Positions 8,787 to 22,825 of a DNA stretch of 64,000 bases are shown here, one piece after another. The stretch is from positions 2,043 through 66,042 of the forward strand of contig JBBSHM010000004.1 of assembly GCA_038253125.1 (NCBI GenBank). Reading direction: 5' to 3'. The notes below the pieces were generated by a model, which had not been told where the DNA came from, ran no database searches, and was given only the letters and a program-made list of their open reading frames with translations. Every line of letters begins with the position of its first letter. Position 1 is the stretch's first letter. The stretch comes from Acidimicrobiales bacterium (lineage in GTDB: Bacteria > Actinomycetota > Acidimicrobiia > Acidimicrobiales > JAUJNH01). A program made the position numbers and the translations under genes.

Positions 8787-9307
8787 GGGTTCTGCTCGTC
8801 GGGATGATGGGGGCGGGCAAGACGACGGTGGGGCGGGCGCTGGGTCAGCGCTTGGGGTGGCCGTACCTCGACAGCGACGAGGAGGTGCGCCGCCGCACGG
8901 GGTGCACCGTGCCCGAGCTGTTCGCCCAGCGGGGGGAGCCGGCGTTCCGGGCGGAGGAGTCGATCGTGCTGGCCGAGGCGTGCGCCACCGCCCACCCGGT
9001 GGTGGTGAGCGTGGCGGGCGGTGCGGTGCTGGCCGAAGGCAATCGCCGTCTGATGGCTGGTGCGGGGCTCGTGGTGTGGCTGCGGGCGTCCCTGGCCACT
9101 CTCACCCAACGGGTGGGCGATGGGCGCACCCGGCCCCTGCTGGGCGACGAGCCGGGTCTGGCGCTGGCCCGTCTGTACCCCGAGCGGGCCGCCCTCTACC
9201 AGGCGCTGGCGGAGCTGGTGGTTGACGTCGACGGGGTGCCGGTCGGCCGCATCGTCGACCGGATAGCCGGGGCCGTCAAGGCATGGCCGGTTGGCGGCCG
9301 GCCGTGA
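8780..9307 (+). CDS. aroK: shikimate kinase
   Basis: Walker A loop in VLLVGMMGAGKTTVGRAL, and LDSDEEV. GTG 8780 gives the usual short N-terminus. The alternative ATG 8702 would translate the repeat as GGTVEPAGS x2-3. Confidence 0.85.
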   Translation: MERVLLVGMMGAGKTTVGRALGQRLGWPYLDSDEEVRRRTGCTVPELFAQRGEPAFRAEESIVLAEACATAHPVVVSVAGGAVLAEGNRRLMAGAGLVVWLRASLATLTQRVGDGRTRPLLGDEPGLALARLYPERAALYQALAELVVDVDGVPVGRIVDRIAGAVKAWPVGGRP

Positions 9308-10320
9308 CCACGGTCGAGGTGGGCCTGGCCGACGGGCGCCGCTACCCGGTGGTGATCGGTCACGGCGCCCGCCGCCAGCTGGCAACGCTGCTGCCCGACG
9401 ACACCCGGCGCGTAGCGGTGGTGACCCAGGACGGGATCGGACTCGACGTCGACCCGGGCTGCGAGCAGCGCCGCTTCACAATCGGCCCGGGCGAGGCCGC
9501 CAAGACGTTGACCACCATCGAGAGTCTGTGCCGGGACTTCGCCGCCTGGGGCCTGACCCGGCGCGACTGCGTGCTGGCCGTCGGCGGGGGAGTGGTCACC
9601 GACACCGCCGGCTTCGCCGCCGCCTGCTACCACCGCGGCGTTCCCGTGGTCCACGTGGCGACGACGTTGCTCGGCATGGTCGACGCGGCGATCGGCGGCA
9701 AGACCGGTGTCAACCTGCCCGAGGGCAAGAACCTGGTGGGGGCGTTCTGGCAGCCGGCGGCGGTGGTCTGCGATCTCGACGCCCTCGACACCCTCCCGGA
9801 CCGGGAGCGCCGCAGCGGCAGCGGCGAGATGGCCAAGTACGCGTTCCTCGGCGCCCCTGACCTCACCGACCTCGGGCTCGAGGACGCGGTGGCCGCCTGC
9901 GTGCGACTGAAGGGCGATGTGGTGGCCGGTGACGAGCGGGAGTCGGTGGCGGCCGGATCGGCCGGCCGGCGGGCCCTGCTGAACTACGGCCACACCCTGG
10001 CCCACGCCCTCGAGGTCGACGGCTCCTTCGACCTGCGCCACGGCGAGGCGGTGGCCGTCGGCCTGGTCTTCGCCGCCCGCCTGGCCCAGCGGCTGGGGCG
10101 CATCGGTGCTGAGCGGGTCGACGAGCACCGGCGGGTGGTGGCCAGCTACGGCCTGGCCGCCGACATCGCCGCGGGTCACGACCCGGAGAGCCTGGTGGGC
10201 CTGATGGCCCGGGACAAAAAGGCCGTCGACGGCCTGACCTTCATCCTCGACGGCCCCGTCGGCTGCGAGATCGTGGCCGGCGTCGACCCCGACGTGGTGA
10301 GGGAGGTTCTGGGTGGCTGA
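9283..10320 (+). CDS. aroB: 3-dehydroquinate synthase
   Basis: GGGVVTDTAGFAAACYHRGVPVVHVATTLLGMVDAAIGGKTGVN and NYGHTLAHALE metal-site motifs. Confidence 0.95.
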   Translation: MAGWRPAVTTVEVGLADGRRYPVVIGHGARRQLATLLPDDTRRVAVVTQDGIGLDVDPGCEQRRFTIGPGEAAKTLTTIESLCRDFAAWGLTRRDCVLAVGGGVVTDTAGFAAACYHRGVPVVHVATTLLGMVDAAIGGKTGVNLPEGKNLVGAFWQPAAVVCDLDALDTLPDRERRSGSGEMAKYAFLGAPDLTDLGLEDAVAACVRLKGDVVAGDERESVAAGSAGRRALLNYGHTLAHALEVDGSFDLRHGEAVAVGLVFAARLAQRLGRIGAERVDEHRRVVASYGLAADIAAGHDPESLVGLMARDKKAVDGLTFILDGPVGCEIVAGVDPDVVREVLGG

Positions 10321-10756
10321 CCCGCCGCTGGTGCTGCTGCTGTCAGGCCCGAACCTGAGCCTGCTCGGCGACCGCCAGCCCGCCATCTACGGCTCGGCGA
10401 CGCTGGCCGACCACGTGGCTGCGGCCACCGCCGAAGCGGCAGCCCACGGCCTCAGCCTCGAGCACCTGCAGAGCGATGCCGAGGCCGACCTGGTCCACGC
10501 CGTGCACGGCGCCCAGGGCCGGGCGGCGGCCATCGTGGTCAACGCTGGCGCCCTCACCCACTACGGCTGGAGCCTGCACGACGCCCTGGCCGCGTTCAGC
10601 GGCCCCGTCATCGAGCTGCACCTGTCCAACCCCGACGCCCGCGAGCCGTGGCGTCGCACCTCGGTGGTCTCGCCGGTGGCGACCGGGACGATCTCCGGCC
10701 TGGGCGGCCACGGCTACCGCCTGGCGATCGCCGCCGTCGCCGCCCTGCTCGGCTAG
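10313..10756 (+). CDS. aroQ: type II 3-dehydroquinate dehydratase
   Basis: LLLSGPNLSLLGDRQPAIYG, NAGALTHY and ELHLSNP motifs. About 147 aa. Confidence 0.95.
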   Translation: MADPPLVLLLSGPNLSLLGDRQPAIYGSATLADHVAAATAEAAAHGLSLEHLQSDAEADLVHAVHGAQGRAAAIVVNAGALTHYGWSLHDALAAFSGPVIELHLSNPDAREPWRRTSVVSPVATGTISGLGGHGYRLAIAAVAALLG

Positions 10757-10830
10757 CCGTCGGCCACCCGTTGGGGAGGAGCGCGCCGCTCCTGCCGGGC
10801 CGTTGGGAGGCCGCCTACGATGCGCCAACC

Positions 10831-11391
10831 GTGGCCTTCAGCAGCAACGACCTCAAGAACGGCATGACCCTCGACCTGCCCGAGGGCCTGTTCCAGGTCG
10901 TGGACTTCCAGCACGTGAAGCCGGGCAAGGGCGGCGCCTTTGTGCGCACCAAGCTTAAGAACCTCCGGACCGGCGGCACCCAGGACCGCACGTTTCGGGG
11001 CTCAGAGCCCCTGAACCAGGCCATCGTCGAGAAGAAGGAGATGCAGCTGCTGTACAAAGACGGCGACGGGTTCGTGTTCATGGACGTCCAGTCCTATGAC
11101 CAGCTGACGGCCCCGGCCGCCGCCCTCGGTGAGGCGCCCAAGTACATGAAGGACTCGGACAACGCCGTGCTCGCCTTCTACCGGGACGAGATCATCGGGG
11201 TCGAGCTGCCGTCATCGGTTGACCTCCAGGTGGCCGACACCGAGCCCGGAGTGCAGGGCGACCGGGTGTCGGGCGCCAAGAAGCTGGCCCGGCTCGAGAC
11301 GGGCCTCAGCCTGCAGGTCCCGTTGTTCATCAACGTCGGCGACATGATCCGGGTCGACACGCGCACCGGCGACTACCTGACGCGGGTCTGA
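10831..11391 (+). CDS. efp: elongation factor P
   Basis: SSNDLKNGMTLDL..QHVKPGKGGAFVRTKLKNLRTG is the EF-P signature. The in-frame GTG at 10831 gives about 186 aa. The track ORF start at 10648 overlaps aroQ and is not credible. Confidence 0.93.
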   Translation: MAFSSNDLKNGMTLDLPEGLFQVVDFQHVKPGKGGAFVRTKLKNLRTGGTQDRTFRGSEPLNQAIVEKKEMQLLYKDGDGFVFMDVQSYDQLTAPAAALGEAPKYMKDSDNAVLAFYRDEIIGVELPSSVDLQVADTEPGVQGDRVSGAKKLARLETGLSLQVPLFINVGDMIRVDTRTGDYLTRV

Positions 11392-11828
11392 TGCTGCAGG
11401 GCTCGCGGCGCGAGGCACGCGAGCGGGCCCTCGAGCTGCTGTACGAGGCCGAGGCCAAGGCCCTGGCCCCGGCCGAGGTGCTGGAGGGCCTGATGATCAC
11501 CCCTGACACCTTCGCCGTCGCCCTGGTCACCGGTGTGGGGGCACGGCTCCCAGAGATCGACGCCCACATCGCCCGCCTGGCCCGGGACTGGACGGTCGAC
11601 CGGATGCCGTGGGTCGACCGGAGCATCCTGCGCCTGGCCACCTTCGAGCTGGTGGCCCGGCCCGACGTGCCGACGGGGGCCATCCTGAGCGAGGCGGTCG
11701 AGCTGGCCAAGCGCTTCAGCACCGAGGAGGCGGCCCGCTTCGTCAACGGCCTGCTCTCCAACCTGGCCCGGGAGGTGCGCCCGGAGTCGACGGTGTCGCT
11801 GCCGCCCGAAGCGCTCGGCACCACGTGA
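11391..11828 (+). CDS. nusB: transcription antitermination factor NusB
   Basis: RREARERALELLYEAE, and the conserved efp-nusB synteny. Confidence 0.92.
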   Translation: MLQGSRREARERALELLYEAEAKALAPAEVLEGLMITPDTFAVALVTGVGARLPEIDAHIARLARDWTVDRMPWVDRSILRLATFELVARPDVPTGAILSEAVELAKRFSTEEAARFVNGLLSNLAREVRPESTVSLPPEALGTT

Positions 11829-12892
11829 CCTCGCTGGCGCTGCCGGTGCTGCTGGTGATCTTCGCCGCCGCCGCCGGGGCCATCTGGGTCGGCGGGGTGA
11901 AGCTGTCTGACACCACCGACGTGCTCTCCACCCGCCTCGGGCTGGGTCAGGCGCTCGGCGGGCTGCTCATGCTGGCGGTGGCCACGAACCTGCCGGAGAT
12001 CGCCATTACCGCCAGCGCCGCCCTGGCCCACAACCTGGGCATCGCCATCGGCAACATCCTGGGCGGGATAGCCATCCAGACCTTGGTCCTGGTCCTCCTC
12101 GACGCCTTTGGGGTCAGGGGGGAGCGTCCGCTGACCTATCGTGCCGCGTCGCTGCAGCTGGTCCTTGAGGCGGCGCTGGTGCTGGCCATCCTCGTGGTTG
12201 TGATAGCCGGCACCCGGCTGCCGAAGAGCCTGATCCTCTGGCGCTTCGCCCCCGCCGACCTGCTCATCGCCGCCCTGTGGATCGGCGGGCTGTTCCTGCT
12301 GAAGCGGGCCGGCGCCGGGCTGCCGTGGCACGAGTCCGGCCAGCCCCCCGACAGCCAGGAGCCGGCCCGGGGTCACGCCACCAAGCAGAAGGAGAAGGCG
12401 GCCACCGAGAACAACGTCAGCACCACCCGGGCCGCCGTGGTGTTCGGCCTGGCGGCCCTCGCCACCCTGGTGGCCGGGGTGCTGCTGGAGCAGTCGGGCG
12501 AGGCGATCTCGGGGCGCGTCGGGCTGTCCGGCGTGCTCTTCGGGGCGACCGTGCTGGCCGCCGCCACCTCCCTGCCCGAGTTGTCGACGGGCCTCACCTC
12601 GGTGCGCCTCGGCGACTACCAGCTGGCCATGAGCGACATCTTCGGCGGCAACGCATTCCTGCCTGTGCTGTTCCTGTTCGCCAGCCTGCTCTCGGGCACC
12701 GCCGCGCTGCCCCAGGCCCAGGACACCGACGTCTACCTGACCGCTCTCGGGGCGTTGCTCACCGTCGTCTACCTGGTCGGCCTGATCTTCCGCCCAACCC
12801 GCCGGAGGGCCCGGATGGGCCTCGACTCCCTGGCGGTCCTGGTGCTCTACGCCCTGGGCATCGCCGGCCTGGTCGCCGTCGCCCGGGCCTGA
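11825..12892 (+). CDS. Ca2+/Na+ antiporter (CaCA) family membrane protein
   Basis: Two homologous halves each carry the alpha-repeat motif (ATNLPEIAIT and ATSLPELSTG) within multiple hydrophobic helices. The in-frame GTG start at 11825 overlaps the nusB stop. Confidence 0.75.
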   Translation: MTSLALPVLLVIFAAAAGAIWVGGVKLSDTTDVLSTRLGLGQALGGLLMLAVATNLPEIAITASAALAHNLGIAIGNILGGIAIQTLVLVLLDAFGVRGERPLTYRAASLQLVLEAALVLAILVVVIAGTRLPKSLILWRFAPADLLIAALWIGGLFLLKRAGAGLPWHESGQPPDSQEPARGHATKQKEKAATENNVSTTRAAVVFGLAALATLVAGVLLEQSGEAISGRVGLSGVLFGATVLAAATSLPELSTGLTSVRLGDYQLAMSDIFGGNAFLPVLFLFASLLSGTAALPQAQDTDVYLTALGALLTVVYLVGLIFRPTRRRARMGLDSLAVLVLYALGIAGLVAVARA

Positions 12893-12987
12893 AGCCGAGG
12901 GCCGCTCGCGCCTCAAGCCGACGGACCGCCGGAACCTGGCCCACGCCAGGTGTATCTTCCGGTTCTGACCGTGAAGCGGGCCCGGTG

Positions 12988-13009
12988 AGGCTCGCACGGA
13001 AGGGAAGCC

Positions 13010-13010
<1 letters not shown>
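12988..13010 (+). promoter_or_regulatory. hairpin enclosing the pyrR ribosome-binding site (possible PyrR-responsive element)
   Basis: AGGCT (12988-92) pairs with AGCCT (13006-10). The 13-nt loop contains GGAAGGGA, and the stem touches the TTG start at 13010. Only weak resemblance to the PyrR binding-loop consensus. Confidence 0.3.
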
Positions 13011-13572
<562 letters not shown>

Positions 13573-13576
<4 letters not shown>

Positions 13577-14526
13577 CCGCCCACCTGCTGAGCGTCGACG
13601 GCCTCGGGCGCGAGGGGGTGGATGCCGTGCTGAAGCTGACCGACTCGATGGTCGAGGTCGGCCGCCGCGACATCCCGAAGGTGCCGGCGCTGCGGGGCCG
13701 CACCGTGGTCAGCCTGTTCTACGAGGACTCGACCCGCACCCGGCTGTCGTTCGAGACGGCGGCCAAGCGCCTGTCGGCCGACACGATGTCGTTCAGCCTG
13801 TCCACCTCGGCGGCCAACAAGGGCGAGAGCCTGCGCGACACCGTGCTCACGATCGAGGCTATGGGCGTGGACGCCGTGGTCGTGCGCCACGCCTCGTCGG
13901 GCGTGCCCTGGCAGCTGGCCCGCTGGCTCGAGGGCAGCGGGGTCAGCGTTCTGAACGCTGGCGACGGATGGCACGAGCACCCCACCCAGGCCCTCCTCGA
14001 CACCTACACCATCCGCAGCGAGCACAAAGCGGGCTCGCTCGAGGGTCTGCGCATAGCCATCGTCGGGGATGTGAAGCACAGCCGGGTGGCCCGCAGCGAC
14101 GTGTCCTGCTTCGCCATGCTGGGCGCCTCGGTGGTCCTGGTGGCGCCGCTCACCCTGCTGCCGCCGTCGCTCGAGGGCTGGCCGTGCGAGGTGGCCCACG
14201 ACCTCGACGAGGTGATCGGAGAGCTTGACGTCTGCTACCTGCTGCGCATGCAGCAGGAGCGGACCACCGAGGCGCTGGTCCCGAGCCTGCGCGAGTACGC
14301 CGCCACCTACGGCCTCGACCGCCGCCGGGCTCAGCGCCTGCCGGCCGGCGCCATCGTCATGCACCCGGGGCCGATGAACCGGGGCGTCGAGATCGCCCCC
14401 GAGGTGGCCGACATGCCAAACGCCGTCATCACCCGCCAGGTGGCCAACGGGGTGGCCGTGCGCATGGCTGTGCTGTTCCACCTGCTCACCGCCCAGCCCG
14501 ACGAGGATGTCCGCCTCGATGGCTGA
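13573..14526 (+). CDS. pyrB: aspartate carbamoyltransferase catalytic subunit
   Basis: STRTRLSFE, HPTQALLD and HPGPMNRG motifs. Confidence 0.95.
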
Positions 14527-15817
14527 TGCGGGCGAGGGCAGGGTGCTGCTGCGGGGAGGGACGGTCGTCGACCGTGGCGGCGCCCGGCGGGCGGACGTGC
14601 TGGTGGCCGGCGCCACCGTGGTCGCCGTCGGCGCCCAGCTGGCCGAGCCGGGGGTGAAGGTGCTCGACTGCGCCGGCTGCTGGGTGGGCCCGGGCCTGGT
14701 CGACCTCCACAGCCACCTGCGCCAGCCCGGGCGGGAGGAGGCAGAGACCGTCGAGACCGGCAGCCGGGCCGCCGCCCTGGGCGGCTACACCACGGTTGTG
14801 GCCATGCCCAACACCACGCCGCCGATCGACTCGGCCGGGGTCGTGCGCGAGGTGCTGGCCCTGGCCGCCACCGCCTTGTGCACCGTCCAGGTGAGCGGTG
14901 CCATCACCGTCGGCCGGGCCGGCGAGCGCCTGGCGCCCATGGCTGAGCTGGCGGCCCTCGGGGTGCGGCTGTTCACCGACGACGGCGCCGGCGTGCAGGA
15001 CGGCCGCCTGATGCGCCGGGCCCTTGAGTACGCCCGCCCCCTCGGCGTGCTGCTGGCTGAGCACTGCGAGGACGAGACTCTCGCCGCCGGCGGGGTGATG
15101 CACGAGGGTGCATGGTCGAGCAGGATGGGGGTGCCGGGCCAGCCCGCCGAAGCCGAGGAGGTAATGGTCATGCGCGACATCGCCCTCGCCCGCCTGACGG
15201 GCGCTCGCCTCCACCTCCAGCACCTGTCCACCGCCCGCAGCGTCGACCTGGTGCGCCAGGCCAGGGCGGCCGGTCTGCCGGTCACCTGCGAGGCCACCCC
15301 TCACCACCTCACGCTCACCGACGAGGCCTGCCAGGGCTTCGACCCTGTCTTCCGGGTCAACCCCCCGCTGCGACCGGCCGCCGATCGCGACGCCGTGGGC
15401 GCCGGCCTGCTCGACGGCACGATCGACGCCGTGGCGACCGATCACGCCCCCCACGACCAGGAGGCGAAGGAGCAGCCGTTCGACCAGGCCCCGCCCGGGA
15501 TGCTGGGGCTGGAGACGGCGATGGCGCTGACCCTGTCAGGCCTGGGCCTGGCCGATGACCCGCAGCGCCTGTTCGCCCTGATGTCCTGGCAGCCCGCCGC
15601 AGTCCTGGGCCTATCGGCCGGCGCCGGCCTCGTGGCCGAAGGTGCGCCCGCCGACCTGTGCGCCGTCGACCCGGCTGAGCGCTGGGTGGTCGACCCGGCC
15701 CGACTGGCCAGCCGCAGCCGCAACACCCCCTTCGCCGGCCGGGAGATGCAGGGCCGGGTCCGCCACACCGTCCACCAAGGCGAGCCCGTCGTCGTCGACC
15801 AGCAGGCCCAGCGATGA
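14507..15817 (+). CDS. pyrC: dihydroorotase
   Basis: GLVDLHSHLRQPG, HLQHLST and ATDHAPH metal-ligand motifs. Alternative start at ATG 14519. Confidence 0.93.
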   Translation: MSASMADAGEGRVLLRGGTVVDRGGARRADVLVAGATVVAVGAQLAEPGVKVLDCAGCWVGPGLVDLHSHLRQPGREEAETVETGSRAAALGGYTTVVAMPNTTPPIDSAGVVREVLALAATALCTVQVSGAITVGRAGERLAPMAELAALGVRLFTDDGAGVQDGRLMRRALEYARPLGVLLAEHCEDETLAAGGVMHEGAWSSRMGVPGQPAEAEEVMVMRDIALARLTGARLHLQHLSTARSVDLVRQARAAGLPVTCEATPHHLTLTDEACQGFDPVFRVNPPLRPAADRDAVGAGLLDGTIDAVATDHAPHDQEAKEQPFDQAPPGMLGLETAMALTLSGLGLADDPQRLFALMSWQPAAVLGLSAGAGLVAEGAPADLCAVDPAERWVVDPARLASRSRNTPFAGREMQGRVRHTVHQGEPVVVDQQAQR

Positions 15818-15883
15818 CCATCCGAACCGTCGGGACAAACCCTCCGCTGAGCGACAGCTACTCCCGACAGAAGCGGGGGTTCG

Positions 15884-16953
15884 GTGGCTGAGGCTCTGCT
15901 CGTACTGGCCGACGGGACCCTCTTCGAAGGCGAGTCGATCGGCGCCGAGCCTCCGGGCGGCGTGGCAGGCGGCGAGGTTGTGTTCAGCACGGCCATGTCG
16001 GGCTACCAGGAGATCATCACCGACCCGTCCTACGCCGGGCAGGTGGTGGCCTTCACCTACCCCCACATCGGCAACTACGGCGTGAACCCGGCCGACATGG
16101 AGAGCGCGCGGCCTGGCTGCCGGGGAGTCGTGGTGCGCGACCTGGCCCGGATGCGCTCCAGCTGGCGGTCGAACGAGGACCTCGGCGCCTTCCTCCGGCG
16201 CACCGGCACTCCCGGCATCGCCGGGGTCGACACCCGCCGCCTCACCCGCCACATCCGCCAGGCCGGCGCCATGCCCTGCGCCTTCGGTACGGCTGACGAG
16301 TCCACGCTGGCGGCGGCGGCGGCGGCCGAGCCCGGCACCTCGGGCATCGACCTCGTCGCCGGGGTGACGACCGCCAAGCCCTACACGGTGGGCGACGGCC
16401 CCCTGCGGGTGGTGGCCTACGACTACGGGATCAAGACCACGATCTTGCGCCACCTCGGGGTGCTCGCCACCGTCGAGGTGGTTCCCGCCTCGACCCCGGC
16501 CAGCGAGGTGCTGGCCCGTCAGCCGGACGGCATCTTCCTGTCCAACGGGCCCGGCGACCCGGCCACCCTCGGATACGCCGTCGAAGCCGTGCGCCAGGTG
16601 CTGGATTCAGGGGTGCCGACCTTCGGCATCTGCCTGGGCCACCAGCTGCTCGGGGCCGCCCTCGGCGGCACCACCTACAAGCTGGCCTTCGGTCACCACG
16701 GCGGAAACCACCCCGTTCGGCGCCTGCGCGACGGAGCCATCGAGATCACCAGCCAGAACCACAGCTTCGCCGTCGGCGACGTGCCGGGGACCGAGATCAC
16801 CCACGTGAACCTGAACGACGGCGTGGTCGAGGGGATCCGCTGCACCGACCGCCCAGCCTTTGGGGTGCAGCACCACCCCGAGGCCGGTCCCGGGCCCCAC
16901 GACGCCTCCTACCTGTTCGGCGAGTTCGCCGACCTCATGACGGGGAGCCGGTA

Positions 16954-16954
<1 letters not shown>
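15884..16954 (+). CDS. carA: carbamoyl-phosphate synthase small (glutaminase) subunit
   Basis: GICLGHQLL catalytic Cys motif, and HHPE near the C-terminus. Confidence 0.95.
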
Positions 16955-20259
<3,305 letters not shown>

Positions 20260-21189
20260 GTGGCTGACGCCGCCCCTGGGGCTGACCGTCTGGCGACGGC
20301 GATCGGATCGGTGAGCCTGCGAAACCCGGTGCTGACGGCGTCGGGGACAGCGGGCCACGGCGCCGAGCTGGGCGCCTACGTCGAGCTGGGCCGGCTCGGC
20401 GGGGTGGTGGTGAAGTCGCTGAGCACCGGGCCGTGGCCCGGCAACCCGCCACCGCGGCTGCACGGGGCGGGGGCGGCGATGCTGAACGCCGTGGGCCTGC
20501 AGGGGCCGGGCGTGGCGGCGTGGATCGAGCACGACCTGCCCGGGCTGCGACGGGCCGGGGCCACGGTAGTGGCCTCGATCTGGGGCCGCACAACGCAGGA
20601 GTACGGCAACGCCGCCGCCGCCCTGGCCGGCGTGGCGGGCATCGCCGCCCTCGAGGTGAACCTGAGCTGTCCGAACACCGACGGCGGCCGTCACCTCTTC
20701 GCCCACGATCCCAACGCCACCGCCGCTGCCATCGATGCGGCGGCGGCGTCCCGCCTGCCACTGTGGGCCAAGCTCAGCCCGAACACCGACCAGCTGGTCG
20801 AGGTGGCGGGCGCTGCCAGGCAGGCCGGTGCCGCGGCCGTGGTGGTGGCGAACACGGTTCTCGGTCTGGTGCTGGACGTGGAACGTTCCCGTCCGGTGCT
20901 GGGCAACGGCGGCGGCGGCCTGTCAGGCCCGGCCATCCACGCTGTGGCCGTCAGGGCCGTGTGGGACGTGCACGCCGCCCACCCGGACCTGCCGATCGTC
21001 GGGGTCGGAGGGGTTCGCGACGCCGCCGGTGCCGTCGAGCTGATCCAGGCCGGGGCCAGCGCCGTCGAGGTCGGCACCGCCACCCTGGTCGACCCTCGGG
21101 CCACGGCCAAGGTGCTGGCCGGCCTGGACCGGTGGCTGGCCGGGCACGACACCACCGTCGCGGCCCTGATAGGCAGGGCCCATGGCTGA
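20260..21189 (+). CDS. pyrD: dihydroorotate dehydrogenase, class 1 type (catalytic Cys)
   Basis: NPVLTASGT, LEVNLSCPN and VGGV..G motifs. There is no N-terminal membrane anchor and no adjacent pyrK-like gene. Confidence 0.88.
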   Translation: MADAAPGADRLATAIGSVSLRNPVLTASGTAGHGAELGAYVELGRLGGVVVKSLSTGPWPGNPPPRLHGAGAAMLNAVGLQGPGVAAWIEHDLPGLRRAGATVVASIWGRTTQEYGNAAAALAGVAGIAALEVNLSCPNTDGGRHLFAHDPNATAAAIDAAAASRLPLWAKLSPNTDQLVEVAGAARQAGAAAVVVANTVLGLVLDVERSRPVLGNGGGGLSGPAIHAVAVRAVWDVHAAHPDLPIVGVGGVRDAAGAVELIQAGASAVEVGTATLVDPRATAKVLAGLDRWLAGHDTTVAALIGRAHG

Positions 21190-21883
21190 GATCCCCGACG
21201 AGGTCCGCAACCGTCTGGCGCTCGTCCTGGACGTCGACGACCTCGTCGAGGCCACCCGGATGGCGCACGAGCTGCGCCCCTGGTTCGGGGTCGTCAAGGT
21301 CGGCCTCGAGCTGTTCAGTGCCGCCGGGCCCGACGCCGTGGTGGCCCTGGCCGACCTCGACTTCCAGGTGTTCGTCGATCTCAAGCTGTGCGACATCCCC
21401 ACCACCGTGGGGCGGGCCGCCCGGGTGCTGGGCGGCCTGGGCGCCACCTACCTCACCATGCACGCCTTTGGCGGCCCGGTGATGCTGCGGGCCGGCGCCG
21501 ACGGGCTGGCCGAGGGGGCGTCGGGGGCCGGCCTGCCGCCGCCCGTCGCCCTGGCCGTCACCATCCTGACCAGCGACGAGGGCGCCCCTCCGCACGTCCT
21601 CGGCAGCCGGGTGCGGGCCGCCATCGAGGGGCGCTGCGGGGGCATCGTGTGCGCGGCGGACGACGTGGCCGAGGCCAAGCGCCTCGGGCCCCGCCTGTGC
21701 GCCGTCGTGCCGGGCATCCGGCTGCCCGGCGCCGACACCGACGACCAGGCCCGTGCCGCCACCCCCGAGGCGGCGGTGGCCAACGGGGCCGACCTCCTCG
21801 TCATCGGGCGCACGGTGACCAGGGCCCACAACCGGGCCGAGGCGGCGGCCGCGGTGGCCGCCGCTGTCACCGTCACCGCTTGA
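21182..21883 (+). CDS. pyrF: orotidine 5'-phosphate decarboxylase
   Basis: LVLDVDD..VKVG..FVDLKLCDIPTTV motifs. Confidence 0.9.
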   Translation: MAEIPDEVRNRLALVLDVDDLVEATRMAHELRPWFGVVKVGLELFSAAGPDAVVALADLDFQVFVDLKLCDIPTTVGRAARVLGGLGATYLTMHAFGGPVMLRAGADGLAEGASGAGLPPPVALAVTILTSDEGAPPHVLGSRVRAAIEGRCGGIVCAADDVAEAKRLGPRLCAVVPGIRLPGADTDDQARAATPEAAVANGADLLVIGRTVTRAHNRAEAAAAVAAAVTVTA

Positions 21884-21941
21884 ACGTTCCCGTCACCACA
21901 CCCGGTGGCGGCCCCTGCTCTGGTCGCTAGTGTCCCCGGCC

Positions 21942-22265
21942 ATGCCGCTGCCGCCGCAGATCTCTCCAGAGGCTCGGGCCGCCGCCCTTGAGAAGGCGGC
22001 CTCGGCCCGTCGGCAGCGGGCCGAGCTGAAGGAGAAGCTGAAGGTGGGCAGCCTCACCCTGCTCGAGCTCTTCGAGCAGGTGGCCGATGAGACGGTGGCC
22101 AAGATGAAGGTGCTGGCGGTGCTCGAGAGCCTGCCCGGCCTCGGCAAGGTGAAGGCCCGCCGGATGATGGACGAGGTCGGCATCGCCGAGACCCGACGGG
22201 TCCAGGGCCTGGGCGCCAACCAGCGCAGGGCCCTGCTGGAACGCTGTGAGCGCCCGAGCCCGTGA
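21942..22265 (+). CDS. mihF: actinobacterial integration host factor
   Basis: AAALEKAASARRQRAELKEKLK...KMKVLAVLESLPGLGKVKARRMMDEVGI matches the mIHF pattern, as does the position upstream of gmk-rpoZ. ATG 21942 is preferred over GTG 21930. Confidence 0.88.
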   Translation: MPLPPQISPEARAAALEKAASARRQRAELKEKLKVGSLTLLELFEQVADETVAKMKVLAVLESLPGLGKVKARRMMDEVGIAETRRVQGLGANQRRALLERCERPSP

Positions 22266-22807
22266 TCCTGGTGCTCTCCGGGCCGGGCGGGGTCGGGAAG
22301 GGCACGGTGGTGCGGCGGCTGCTCGACATCGACCCCCGGCTACGGCTCAGCCGATCGTGGACGACCAGGCCCCGACGGCCGGGCGAGCCCGAGGACGCAT
22401 ACGTCTTCGTCGATGCGGCCACCTTCGAGTCGCACCTGGCCCGGGGCGGCTTCCTGGAGCACGACGAGTTCCTCGGCAACCTGTACGGCACGCCGATGCC
22501 CGACACGCTGGCCGACCCGCGGTTCGACCTGGTTCTCGAGATCAACGTGCAGGGTGCCGAGCAGGTCCGCCACCATCAGCCCCGGGCCCTGGTGGTGCTG
22601 CTCGTGCCGCCGAGCCGCCTAGTCCAGGAAACCCGCCTGCGGGCCAGGGGCGACGACGACGAGCACGTGGCCCAGCGCCTGGCCATCGCCGAGTTCGAGG
22701 AGGCGAAGGGCCGGGCGCTGGCGGACGCCGTCGTCGTCAACGACGTCCTGGAGCGGGCAGTGAACGAGGTGGCTGGTATCGTTGCCACCCGCCGACCCGG
22801 CCACTGA
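22262..22807 (+). CDS. gmk: guanylate kinase
   Basis: P-loop LSGPGGVGKGT and the YGTP motif. The GTG start overlaps the mihF stop (GTGA). Confidence 0.92.
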   Translation: MILVLSGPGGVGKGTVVRRLLDIDPRLRLSRSWTTRPRRPGEPEDAYVFVDAATFESHLARGGFLEHDEFLGNLYGTPMPDTLADPRFDLVLEINVQGAEQVRHHQPRALVVLLVPPSRLVQETRLRARGDDDEHVAQRLAIAEFEEAKGRALADAVVVNDVLERAVNEVAGIVATRRPGH

Positions 22808-22825
22808 CCGCTGGAGACCCCCATC

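Noticed and set aside
7129-8820. 563-aa minus-strand ORF opposite aroC
   Set aside because: It is antisense to chorismate synthase (clear motifs). It also reads through the 27-bp repeat and the divergent promoter region.
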